From: an uncultured virus (IMG/VR IMGVR_UViG_3300030106_004658)
Lineage: Duplodnaviria > Heunggongvirae > Uroviricota > Caudoviricetes > Crassvirales
Direction: 5' to 3' (one strand)
DNA: 20,000 nucleotides
IMG/VR virus record: IMGVR_UViG_3300030106_004658
Numbering within the stretch: the first letter of the stretch is position 1; each line of letters begins with the position of its first letter. Position numbers and translations under genes: made by a program. Of the stretch, positions 1-7,002 are shown in pieces. Below the pieces are notes generated by a model. That model made no database searches. It saw nothing but the letters and a program-made list of their open reading frames with translations, and was not told where the DNA came from.

Positions 1-98
1 TTTGATTCATCTGTTTCATCTGTTAGTATTAGACCACTAACTTTTTTAGGTTCTTCTTTTATTATGTCTATTATAACATAATCATTAACTGCTTGCAT
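1..98 (-). CDS. groES: Co-chaperonin GroES (Cpn10), 5' part only, runs off the window
   Basis: Not in the ORF track. ATG at 98 gives [32 protein letters not shown]..., matching the GroES N-terminus (D-x-V-I-I strand, then mobile loop SGLIL). Overlaps the groEL end by 14 nt. Confidence 0.85.
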   Translation of the reverse strand, partial: MQAVNDYVIIDIIKEEPKKVSGLILTDETDES

Positions 99-1653
99 TT
101 TCTATTCTAATATTTGAAATTACACAATCTGCTGACATAACGGTTAAAGCTACACTTACAGCATTTTTAAGTGCGGACTTAGTTACAAGTACTGGATCAA
201 TAATACCTTCACGAATCATATTAGGAAAAGTTCCATTAACCACATTACACCCATAACCCTCTTTTAAATTACTAGGATTCATAGTTAAACCAGCATTGTT
301 CATTATAGTTTCATATGGAGCAGATAAAGCTTCTAATAATACTTTACCGGCTGGTCCGGTCGAAATTTTTTGAGATGCGTTTAACAACGCTATTCCACCT
401 CCTGGTACTATACCTTCTTGTAATGCGGCTTTAGTAGCGTATATAGCATCTTCAACTCTATCTTTCTTTTCTTTTAATTCAACTTTAGAACCAGCACCCA
501 CCTTAACTATACCAACGCTTCCAGATAATGTTGCTAAACGTTGCTCTAATTTATTTTTAATAAAACCATCTTTTTCTTTAGCTAACTTACTATTTAATTC
601 ATCTATTCTATTTTCAATACCGTCTGTCATTCCTTCTAGTGTTAACACAGTGTGTTTATTATCTGTTACAGCAAGCTCAGCTTCACCTAAATGTTCAGGC
701 TTCATAAGATCTAAATCATCACCTAGTTCTTCATTAAGTACTGTTGCACCTGTTAGTATAGCTAAATCTTCAGTAGCATCTTTTTTAGTAGAACCAAAGC
801 CTGGTAAGTCAACTATATTAACTTTAATATTACCTTTTACTTTATTCATCATTAAAGCAGCTTTAACCTGTTGGGCCACTGGTGCTACTATTAGTAAAGA
901 TCTATTAGATTTTATAACATGTTCTAATATTGATTGTATTTTACGTATATTAGGTATTTCAGATGAACATATAAATACTAAAGGATTATCTAGTTCACAT
1001 ATATGTTTTTCTGTATTAGTAACAAAATGAGGTGAAGTTAACCCGCAGTCTATCTGTACACCGTCTACTACTTCAACGTAAGTATCTTCTGTTGGACTTT
1101 CTTCCATTAATACAACTCCGTTTTTACCTACTTTTTCGTAAGCTTCAGATATTATAGTTCCAAGTTCTTTATCATTGTTACACGATATAGAACTAACAGA
1201 CTCTAACATATCACCTTCAACATCTATAGATATATTATTAAGATACTTAATAACATCTTCTAGTGTTTCATTTACTCCATCTTTAATTTCTCTGATTGTA
1301 AGACCATCTGCGACCGCAGTGTCTATTTGTTTGATTAGTGCTTCTGCTAGCACTGTAGCTGTTGTAGTTCCATCACCAGCTTCTTTAACTGTGTTTCTGG
1401 CAGCTTCTTTTATGAGTGTTGCACCCATATTTTCAACCGGATCATATAAGACTACGCTTTCCGCAACGGTTACACCATCTTTTGTTATGACCGGTTTGCC
1501 TCTCCCATCTTCATAGATGACACATTTTCCAGACGCACCTAATGTAGATTTAACGGCTTGGGCTAATTTATTTACTCCGTTTATTACTTTGTCTTTAGCT
1601 TCACCTCCAAATGCGAGGTCCTTCACCAATTCACTTGGTAAGTTATATTCCAT
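85..1653 (-). CDS. groEL: Group I chaperonin GroEL (Cpn60), phage-encoded
   Basis: 522 aa with [45 protein letters not shown] and GIIDPVLV motifs; no GGM tail. Confidence 0.97.
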   Translation of the reverse strand: MEYNLPSELVKDLAFGGEAKDKVINGVNKLAQAVKSTLGASGKCVIYEDGRGKPVITKDGVTVAESVVLYDPVENMGATLIKEAARNTVKEAGDGTTTATVLAEALIKQIDTAVADGLTIREIKDGVNETLEDVIKYLNNISIDVEGDMLESVSSISCNNDKELGTIISEAYEKVGKNGVVLMEESPTEDTYVEVVDGVQIDCGLTSPHFVTNTEKHICELDNPLVFICSSEIPNIRKIQSILEHVIKSNRSLLIVAPVAQQVKAALMMNKVKGNIKVNIVDLPGFGSTKKDATEDLAILTGATVLNEELGDDLDLMKPEHLGEAELAVTDNKHTVLTLEGMTDGIENRIDELNSKLAKEKDGFIKNKLEQRLATLSGSVGIVKVGAGSKVELKEKKDRVEDAIYATKAALQEGIVPGGGIALLNASQKISTGPAGKVLLEALSAPYETIMNNAGLTMNPSNLKEGYGCNVVNGTFPNMIREGIIDPVLVTKSALKNAVSVALTVMSADCVISNIRIENASS

Positions 1654-1689
1654 GGTATTATATTTTATTAAATTAAATTGTCTGTAGGT

Positions 1690-1717
1690 ATTATCACCTA
1701 CTATTGTTTATTTTTAG
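1690..1717 (-). promoter_or_regulatory. Putative class-2 phage promoter upstream of groEL
   Basis: CTAAAAA-N12-GGTGATAAT on the minus strand, same spacing as 4444-4471 and 13421-13448; overlaps the small palindrome GTAGGT-N6-ACCTAC (1684-1701). Confidence 0.45.
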
Positions 1718-1940
1718 CCTTTTGCAATCTTACTAAGGCTGCTTGATTTTCTTGTAAAGCTTTTTTAAATTTATTTTGTATTTCTGTAGAATATTTAGGA
1801 TTATTCATATCCTCTTTTAACCGCTTTATGTCGTGTTTTATTTCCTCGATTTGAGTTCTTCCAGAAACCTCATCTCCATCAGTTGTAGAATTGTCTTGTC
1901 TCTGTGTAAATGCAGAGAACCCCTTCATTTTAAAAGCCAC
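1701..1940 (-). CDS. Small coiled-coil protein with N-terminal MAFKMK motif
   Basis: 79 aa, GTG start, MAFKMKGFSAF; helical C-terminal half. Confidence 0.8.
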   Translation of the reverse strand: MAFKMKGFSAFTQRQDNSTTDGDEVSGRTQIEEIKHDIKRLKEDMNNPKYSTEIQNKFKKALQENQAALVRLQKAKNKQ

Positions 1941-2203
1941 TATACGAAAGAATCTAATTCATCACCAGACATACCAAAATCCTTCATAAGTTTATTAGCT
2001 ATTGATTTACCTCTATTAGAGTTCATTGGATCTTTCATTTTAGAAAGTTGATCTAGTAGTTGCTTTTTAATTTTAGGATCTTTTTTCATAAAACCTGAGC
2101 CTTGTTTTGGCATAACACCTTGTTCTTCCATCATATTTTCATCGGTACCAGTGCCTGCTCCAAAATTCATTCCACCTAGTTTAAAACCACTTCTTTTTTT
2201 CAT
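1940..2203 (-). CDS. Small protein with variant motif (MKKRSGFKLGG)
   Basis: 87 aa, tightly coupled to its neighbours; GFKL variant of the shared N-terminal motif. Confidence 0.75.
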   Translation of the reverse strand: MKKRSGFKLGGMNFGAGTGTDENMMEEQGVMPKQGSGFMKKDPKIKKQLLDQLSKMKDPMNSNRGKSIANKLMKDFGMSGDELDSFV

Positions 2204-2219
2204 TGTATTTTTTTTTGAA

Positions 2220-2594
2220 TTATTTTACTCTTTTTTCAGCTTCTATTGCTTCTGCTTCCCAAGGGTGGTTAGCATGACCTTCTGGCCAACGACCATTTGG
2301 ACCGTCAATAACGTCAACACCATTTTCTGTTTTTCTAGAATATATATTACCTTCCCACATAACCCAGTTATCTCCATAAGCCGCTCTACCTTCTTCCATT
2401 TGTTTTATATGTGCCATTTCATGAGCAATAACTCTTCTACCTAACCTACTATTCATATCTATAGACGGATCTACATCAATAGACCCGTCCATATTAGCTT
2501 GAGCTATAGCACCTTCTCCAGGATCACCTCTTTTAATTAAGACATTGTTGGAGTTTTTTATATTTCTTTTTTCACTTCCTAGTTTAAACGCCAT
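2220..2594 (-). CDS. Putative zincin-like metallopeptidase (HEXXH) with MAFKL N-terminus
   Basis: 124 aa; VIAHEMAHIKQ and a downstream PWEAEA third-ligand-like motif. Confidence 0.7.
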   Translation of the reverse strand: MAFKLGSEKRNIKNSNNVLIKRGDPGEGAIAQANMDGSIDVDPSIDMNSRLGRRVIAHEMAHIKQMEEGRAAYGDNWVMWEGNIYSRKTENGVDVIDGPNGRWPEGHANHPWEAEAIEAEKRVK

Positions 2595-2598
2595 AATA

Positions 2599-2814
2599 CT
2601 ACTCTTCTTCTTCGTCGTCTTTATCTTTATTTATAAAATCAGTTGCAAGATCGGATGCCTCATCACCTATCTTACTATACATGTCTACTTTAGCCTTATC
2701 ACCTATTCCAAAAACAGTTTCAGTTGCTTCTTTTTGACCTCTAATTAAGGCTTCATCTGCTTCTGTTTTCTTAAAAGGAAAACTACTTTTGTTATATTTC
2801 ATTTTAAAGGCCAT
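2599..2814 (-). CDS. Small protein with MAFKMK motif and acidic tail
   Basis: 71 aa, MAFKMKYNKSSFPFKK...DKDDEEEE. Confidence 0.8.
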   Translation of the reverse strand: MAFKMKYNKSSFPFKKTEADEALIRGQKEATETVFGIGDKAKVDMYSKIGDEASDLATDFINKDKDDEEEE

Positions 2815-2816
2815 AA

Positions 2817-3053
2817 TTATCTACTTTGCTTTGCCATGTCTTCACCTTCTTTAGTAACACGATTTGAGTACATGAAGTCTTTACTAGGTTCCATTGATGT
2901 AAATTGATCTTTAACTTTTTTAACAATATTTTTAACTCTTTGTTTAAACTTACTAGTTTTTTTAACGCTTCCTTGCTGTTCTTCTTTTTTAAACGCTCCT
3001 GGAAAATTTTTTTTCATAGGCCCTTCTTTGCCTGCTTTCATTTTAAATGCCAT
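2817..3053 (-). CDS. Small basic protein with MAFKMK motif
   Basis: 78 aa, Lys-rich, MAFKMKAGKEGPMKKNFPGAFKK. Confidence 0.8.
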   Translation of the reverse strand: MAFKMKAGKEGPMKKNFPGAFKKEEQQGSVKKTSKFKQRVKNIVKKVKDQFTSMEPSKDFMYSNRVTKEGEDMAKQSR

Positions 3054-3061
3054 AATTTTGT

Positions 3062-3348
3062 TTATTTAAAAGTTTTGACCACTTTTGGGCCCTTAATATA
3101 GTCTAATTTTTTGCTAAAATGCTCAACACTGCCTTCAATTGCAGCTTCTGCACCCTCTATTGTCTCTCTTCTTGTAACATCTACCCATCTTTCTTCGTTA
3201 TTTATGTCATTTACCTCTGTTTGGTAGTAACCGTTAGGTAGTTGTGTAATTCTCCAGTTCTTTTTAGTAGCTAAATGTTTCCATTCTGCTATTGNNNNNN
3301 NNNNGGTTCTGTAGTACTTGTAGTACTTTTATAGTATAAGTATGTCAT
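3062..3348 (-). CDS. Hypothetical protein interrupted by an assembly gap
   Basis: Not in the ORF track. MTYLYYKSTTSTTE-[N gap 3295-3304]-IAEWKHLATKKNWRITQLPNGYYQTEV...KGPKVVKTFK*; fills the space between neighbouring genes. Confidence 0.7.
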
Positions 3349-3375
3349 TGTTTTTGGTTTTTTTAATTAATTGGT

Positions 3376-3392
3376 ATAAGGATTTTCCTTAT
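3376..3392. terminator. Short intergenic hairpin (possible terminator or processing site)
   Basis: ATAAGGA-TTT-TCCTTAT just after the stop codon of 3399..3917; AT-rich stem and no clear U-tract. Confidence 0.3.
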
Positions 3393-3398
3393 TCTATT

Positions 3399-3917
3399 TT
3401 ATCCTCTGTCAAATCTCCAGTATTCTAGTTTAGGTGTACCAGCACTAGCTTCAACGTATATATCACCTATATAATCAAATGGAAAAAATGCAAATTCTCC
3501 TGGATTTAACGTAAAAGATCTAAGCGATTGATGAGTTGGATTATCTAATGATGTTGTAGTTGTAGCAGAGTCATTAGGAGCAGTAGGTGTTGCACTGTTA
3601 CCAGCGTTAACTATAGCTACTAGTATTTTATTTGTTCCTGATGTTTCAGTGTTTTTCATGTAAATGTGGCAACCTATACTGCCTGGAGTAAATCCAGATG
3701 TCGTCAATCCTGTTATAACACTGCCATCTAATATTTTTGCATTAGAAGTTGAACATGTTATTAGTTGTTGATCTACTAAATCAACTGTTAATCTACCGCT
3801 TGCGTCAGCATTAGGTGTTGTTGATAAGTTTAGCGTCCATGATAATGGTCCAGGATCAACTGTTGCTGAAGCAGCATTAGATGATAAATTGAATGTTGGC
3901 TTTATATAATTAGGCAT
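3399..3917 (-). CDS. Hypothetical, probably virion, protein (paralog 1)
   Basis: 172 aa, T/S/A/G-rich and beta-strand-like; shares IKPT...GPLS and L.PGEFA.FP.D with 3937..4383. Confidence 0.75.
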   Translation of the reverse strand: MPNYIKPTFNLSSNAASATVDPGPLSWTLNLSTTPNADASGRLTVDLVDQQLITCSTSNAKILDGSVITGLTTSGFTPGSIGCHIYMKNTETSGTNKILVAIVNAGNSATPTAPNDSATTTTSLDNPTHQSLRSFTLNPGEFAFFPFDYIGDIYVEASAGTPKLEYWRFDRG

Positions 3918-3936
3918 GTTATATTATTTTTATTTA

Positions 3937-4383
3937 TTATTGAGTTCTAGTAAATACCCATGATTCAAGACCATTTGTTGCTGTAGATGATCCTACAACA
4001 TCTACGAGTATATCAGCTGTAAAATCCCATGGAAACCACGCAAACTCTCCTGGTTTTAAAGTCATTAGCCTTTTAGCTTCTCCAGCGCCTTCAAGTGCGG
4101 CTGCAGCGCCAAAACCAATTATGATATCAATAGTAGCATGCAGGTTACTAATATAAACAAAACCGCCGTCCGTACCAGCTGTTTCTGTGCCATCAGTAAA
4201 ATCAGCATCGTCCCATAGAACTTGGTCATCTGCGTTTGTTGGTGAAATTATCTTAGTTTGTACAGCTGTAACATCTAAAGAATCTGTAGCTGATAGTGCT
4301 AAAGCTATACTTAATGGTCCAGCGTCTGTTGAAGCTGTACTTGCGTTTGCTGTTACTGATATAGTTGGTTTAATTATTCCCAT
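3937..4383 (-). CDS. Hypothetical, probably virion, protein (paralog 2)
   Basis: 148 aa; first gene of the minus-strand block; paralog of 3399..3917. Confidence 0.75.
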   Translation of the reverse strand: MGIIKPTISVTANASTASTDAGPLSIALALSATDSLDVTAVQTKIISPTNADDQVLWDDADFTDGTETAGTDGGFVYISNLHATIDIIIGFGAAAALEGAGEAKRLMTLKPGEFAWFPWDFTADILVDVVGSSTATNGLESWVFTRTQ

Positions 4384-4443
4384 CTTATTTTTATTTTTAA
4401 GCTTATTATTAATACGACACCTTGTCGTTCTTCTACAAAAAAG

Positions 4444-4471
4444 ATAATTACATAGTGTTTGCTATATTTAC
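4444..4471 (-). promoter_or_regulatory. Putative class-2 phage promoter driving the left arm
   Basis: GTAAATA-N12-TGTAATTAT on the minus strand; boxes and spacing identical to 13421-13448. Confidence 0.65.
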
Positions 4472-4502
4472 TCCCGTATTATAAATATTGGAGTAATGTG
4501 TA

Positions 4503-4574
4503 CCCCCTACCCCCTAGAGGCCACCCCCTCCCTGGAAATCCACTTTATTTTCCCCGGCCCCCATATATACCCCC
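4503..4574 (-). other. Cluster of seven C-tracts (G-tracts on minus strand), G-quadruplex-capable
   Basis: C5, C5, C5, C3, C4, C5, C5 at 4503, 4510, 4524, 4530, 4552, 4558 and 4570, in otherwise AT-rich non-coding DNA at the strand switch. Confidence 0.6.
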
Positions 4575-4620
4575 AATATTCGTCATTTCGTTTACCATTT
4601 CCATTTATTTATATTTCACT

Positions 4621-4654
4621 CACACACTTAATACGATACCATTTAGATAATATA
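4621..4654 (+). promoter_or_regulatory. 34-bp class-1 promoter-like repeat, copy 1
   Basis: CACA-CAC-TTAATACGA-TACCATTTA-GATAATATA. Confidence 0.75.
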
Positions 4655-4672
4655 AATATAAGAATAATTAAT

Positions 4673-4690
4673 ATAATAATAATAATAATA
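4673..4690. repeat. (ATA)6 microsatellite within a near-pure A/T tract
   Basis: ataataataataataata between motif copies 1 and 2. Confidence 0.7.
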
Positions 4691-4694
4691 TAAA

Positions 4695-4728
4695 TACAGA
4701 ATAAATACGAAGTAATAAAGATAATATA
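4695..4728 (+). promoter_or_regulatory. 34-bp class-1 promoter-like repeat, copy 2
   Basis: TACA-GAA-TAAATACGA-AGTAATAAA-GATAATATA. Confidence 0.8.
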
Positions 4729-4764
4729 ATAAACGAAGTTAATAACTAATTAAATATAATTGAT

Positions 4765-4983
4765 ATGACATTAAAAAGATTTGTAATAAGAAAGTCCTTA
4801 ATAGGCAAGAACGAAGTAATAACATTCACAAACAAAAAAGGTGAAGTAGTAAAGTATAATCACGACGATGTGTATAACACTCACAAAGAAAGATTCGAAA
4901 GCATGAACTGTTTCGCTAAATACAAGTCGTATACTAATACTAATTGTATGCCAGCTTTCTGCCGAGATATGAAGATTCAGTAG
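4765..4983 (+). CDS. Early hypothetical protein (paralog A)
   Basis: 72 aa; aligns end to end with 5603..5833. Confidence 0.85.
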   Translation: MTLKRFVIRKSLIGKNEVITFTNKKGEVVKYNHDDVYNTHKERFESMNCFAKYKSYTNTNCMPAFCRDMKIQ

Positions 4984-5002
4984 TATCTCGCACAAAATAA
5001 AG

Positions 5003-5053
5003 TGTGACAATTGCCTGTTACTTATACTTTAGTATTAAATAGCTAATGTCACA
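5003..5053. repeat. Inverted-repeat element TGTGACA...TGTCACA, copy 1
   Basis: TGTGACAATTGCCT-(AT-rich)-AGCTAATGTCACA, intergenic; recurs at 11532-11578. Confidence 0.75.
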
Positions 5054-5136
5054 GTTTTTAAAAAGTAATTGTGAGTAAAGAGAAGTGGCGGAGTAACTGT
5101 TACTAATTATAAACAATAAAACGAAACTACTACTTT

Positions 5137-5170
5137 TACAAACTAAATACGAACAAGCAAAGATAATATA
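5137..5170 (+). promoter_or_regulatory. 34-bp class-1 promoter-like repeat, copy 3
   Basis: TACA-AAC-TAAATACGA-ACAAGCAAA-GATAATATA. Confidence 0.8.
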
Positions 5171-5175
5171 GATAT

Positions 5176-5253
5176 ATGGAATTTATAATAATAATAACAA
5201 TGTGGACAATAGTAAAAATCGCTGAGAAATTAGCTAAAATTGAAGAAAAATGA
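5176..5253 (+). CDS. 25-aa hydrophobic micro-peptide
   Basis: MEFIIIITMWTIVKIAEKLAKIEEK; starts 5 nt after motif copy 3; ATGA overlap with the next ORF. Confidence 0.5.
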   Translation: MEFIIIITMWTIVKIAEKLAKIEEK

Positions 5254-5375
5254 TAGATTTAAAAACACTAGACTTACAACAACTAAATTTAGTTCTTCAC
5301 AACATGAAAATATATAATGTAAGTAAAGATAAACAAAATAAAGTAATTGAAGAAATTAATAAACGTAATAAATAA
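5250..5375 (+). CDS. 41-aa hypothetical protein
   Basis: MIDLKTLDLQQLNLVLHNMKIYNVSKDKQNKVIEEINKRNK; translationally coupled to the previous ORF. Confidence 0.55.
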   Translation: MIDLKTLDLQQLNLVLHNMKIYNVSKDKQNKVIEEINKRNK

Positions 5376-5388
5376 AAGAGTGTGAAGT

Positions 5389-5541
5389 ATGATAATAAAC
5401 TGTAAGAAATGTGGAAAAGATATTGGTGACAATGTCACTCAAATGTGGATAAATGAATTAATCTTAAGTGGTAAAACATATATCAACTCTGATGGTACTC
5501 AAGCGAAGTATCAAGAAATAAGCAAATTGTGCGAATGTTAA
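5389..5541 (+). CDS. 50-aa putative zinc-binding protein
   Basis: MIINCKKCGKDIG...SKLCEC; CxxC at the start and CxC at the end; stop codon abuts motif copy 4. Confidence 0.6.
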   Translation: MIINCKKCGKDIGDNVTQMWINELILSGKTYINSDGTQAKYQEISKLCEC

Positions 5542-5575
5542 CACAAAATAAATACGAACAAGTGTAGATAATATA
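5542..5575 (+). promoter_or_regulatory. 34-bp class-1 promoter-like repeat, copy 4
   Basis: CACA-AAA-TAAATACGA-ACAAGTGTA-GATAATATA. Confidence 0.8.
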
Positions 5576-5602
5576 AATGTAAACTAAATAAAATATATAA
5601 TT

Positions 5603-5833
5603 ATGGCAAATGTAATAAATAGTAAGAGATTTGTAGTAAGACAATCTCTAGTCGGTAAAAACACGACTATAAATGTAGAGTTCAAAAATGGTAAAACAGC
5701 AACTTATAATCATGACAAAGTGTTCTCACTAATGAAAGACAAGTTAGAATCAATGGCATGTTGGGCAAAGTACAAGTCGTACACATCAAGCAATAACCTA
5801 CCATTATCGGTAAGAAATGAAGATATTGCCTAA
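5603..5833 (+). CDS. Early hypothetical protein (paralog B)
   Basis: 76 aa; KRFV.R.SL.GKN, YNHD.V and ESM.C.AKYKSYT shared with 4765..4983. Confidence 0.85.
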   Translation: MANVINSKRFVVRQSLVGKNTTINVEFKNGKTATYNHDKVFSLMKDKLESMACWAKYKSYTSSNNLPLSVRNEDIA

Positions 5834-6006
5834 TGCGGAAGTTCGACCACTGGAAGACACTTAAAATAGCGTTTGATATAGTCTACGTAGTGTCTTTCAT
5901 CGCACTAATAAGCTTTGCTTTTAGTGTAGCAAAAGAATCACAAATAGAATATAATATAGTTGAGCAACAACAAATAGATTGTATGAATTGTGACGAAATA
6001 GATTAA
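5833..6006 (+). CDS. 57-aa single-pass membrane protein with C-terminal CxxC
   Basis: MRKFDHWKTLKIAFDIVYVVSFIALISFAFSVAKES...DCMNCDEID; TAATG overlap with the previous gene. Confidence 0.65.
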   Translation: MRKFDHWKTLKIAFDIVYVVSFIALISFAFSVAKESQIEYNIVEQQQIDCMNCDEID

Positions 6007-6145
6007 GTTATATAAACTGTTAGCGAAGTGCTTATTAACTAACAGTAACTTGAGACGTAGTTCCACTTGTTTAGCGTCTTATAAAAAATGCGAATGAGTA
6101 AGGTAATAAAGGTTTAAGTGGGTTCGATTCCCACCATTACCACTA
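6005..6145 (+). ncRNA. Putative structured RNA ending in a 41-nt tRNA-like minihelix
   Basis: Stems ACTGTTAG/CTAACAGT (6016-23/6039-46), GAGACG/CGTCTT (6052-57/6075-80); acceptor-like GGTAAT/ATTACC (6102-07/6136-41) and T-arm GTGGG-TTCGATT-CCCAC (6118-6134). Confidence 0.65.
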
Positions 6146-6158
6146 AAATAATAACGAT

Positions 6159-6419
6159 ATGAAAAAGAAATTTATAATAATTGGACTGGCGATGAGTGGA
6201 TTCGCTTTAAGTCAAAATAATTGCCCAAATGTAGAAGATATTTCTTGGGTTTTAGGTGATGAGAATAAAAAATACGTGGTTTCTTTATTAGATTCTGAGA
6301 TGTATTGCGATGAATTAGACGTTTCGGTAAAACGAGATACGTTTATAGTAAACAAAAACTATCCATTATATCACTTAATTGATGAAACTGAGTGGGAAGA
6401 ATCTTGTAAAGATAAATAG
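6159..6419 (+). CDS. Hypothetical exported protein
   Basis: 86 aa; MKKKFIIIGLAMSGFALS|Q signal peptide with +1 Gln, typical of Bacteroidota. Confidence 0.7.
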   Translation: MKKKFIIIGLAMSGFALSQNNCPNVEDISWVLGDENKKYVVSLLDSEMYCDELDVSVKRDTFIVNKNYPLYHLIDETEWEESCKDK

Positions 6420-6420
6420 T

Positions 6421-6717
6421 ATGAATGTAAATATAGAAATAATAATGAATAACACTTACGGAGTGTTAACAAACCGAATCTCTGTTGAAGAAATACTTGA
6501 ACAATATGTCGATGGTAAGTTAGAAACAATGGGTGATGCTATGTTTTATGGTAATCCTTACGAAATGACTAACGAAGATATTGACGAGGTAATAGAATTT
6601 TTTGAGAATACAGAAGAGTACGAAAAGTGTAGTGAGCTTGTTGAAGCTAAGAAATACATAGATTTTGACAAGTTTCTACACAAATTAGGAGTAATTAACG
6701 GAGTAACTAACATATAA
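6421..6717 (+). CDS. Hypothetical protein with UVR-like motif
   Basis: Likely start is ATG 6421 rather than 6379; acidic; FFENTEEYEKCSELVE. Confidence 0.7.
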   Translation: MNVNIEIIMNNTYGVLTNRISVEEILEQYVDGKLETMGDAMFYGNPYEMTNEDIDEVIEFFENTEEYEKCSELVEAKKYIDFDKFLHKLGVINGVTNI

Positions 6718-6727
6718 ATATAAAATT

Positions 6728-6892
6728 ATGCCTTATTTAAGTAAAAATATAGACGGACTAGTATACTCAGAAGAGTTTGGCGGATGGATAGATGAGCAAG
6801 AAATGCACAATTCTAACGAAGAATATGACCAAGAACAACGAGAGTATTATGAACTAGAAGACTTAGTAGACTACCATATCTACATAAAGTAA
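6728..6892 (+). CDS. 54-aa acidic, Tyr-rich protein
   Basis: MPYLSKNIDGLVYSEEFGGWIDEQEMH...DYHIYIK; fills the gap up to the tRNA. Confidence 0.6.
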   Translation: MPYLSKNIDGLVYSEEFGGWIDEQEMHNSNEEYDQEQREYYELEDLVDYHIYIK

Positions 6893-6893
6893 T

Positions 6894-6967
6894 GGTTGAG
6901 TAGCTTAACTGGATAAAGCAACGCCCTTCTAAGGCGTAGAGTGTGAGTTCGAATCTCACCTCAATCA
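6894..6967 (+). tRNA. tRNA-Arg(UCU), CCA not encoded
   Basis: Acceptor GGTTGAG/CTCAATC, D-arm GCTT/AAGC with TGG loop, anticodon arm ACGCC-CTTCTAA-GGCGT, T-arm GTGAG-TTCGAAT-CTCAC. Confidence 0.95.
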
Positions 6968-6999
6968 CAATATAAATACGAATAGTGTAAGATAATATA
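6966..6999 (+). promoter_or_regulatory. 34-bp class-1 promoter-like repeat, copy 5
   Basis: CACA-ATA-TAAATACGA-ATAGTGTAA-GATAATATA; overlaps the tRNA 3' end. Confidence 0.8.
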
Positions 7000-7002
7000 A
7001 TT

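Noticed and set aside
650..1516. Plus-strand ORFs 650..1030 and 1175..1516
   Set aside because: Antisense shadows of groEL, Ser/Thr-rich, with no independent support.
1833..4447. Plus-strand ORFs 1833, 2151, 2545, 2904 and 4187
   Set aside because: Antisense to coherent minus-strand genes; Phe-rich translation reflects Lys/Glu codons on the coding strand.
4459..4693. ORFs 4459..4650 and 4496..4693
   Set aside because: Pro-rich and Ile/Asn-rich translations arise from the C-tracts and ATA repeat; they overlap regulatory motifs.
5426..5438. Palindrome GTGACA-A-TGTCAC sharing half-sites with the inverted-repeat element
   Set aside because: It lies inside a likely coding micro-ORF, lacks the GC extension and the long spacer; may be chance, so it is not counted as a third copy.
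6102..6145. Canonical tRNA gene
   Set aside because: Only 9 nt separate the acceptor strand and the T-arm; there is no D or anticodon arm and no alternative upstream 5' strand.
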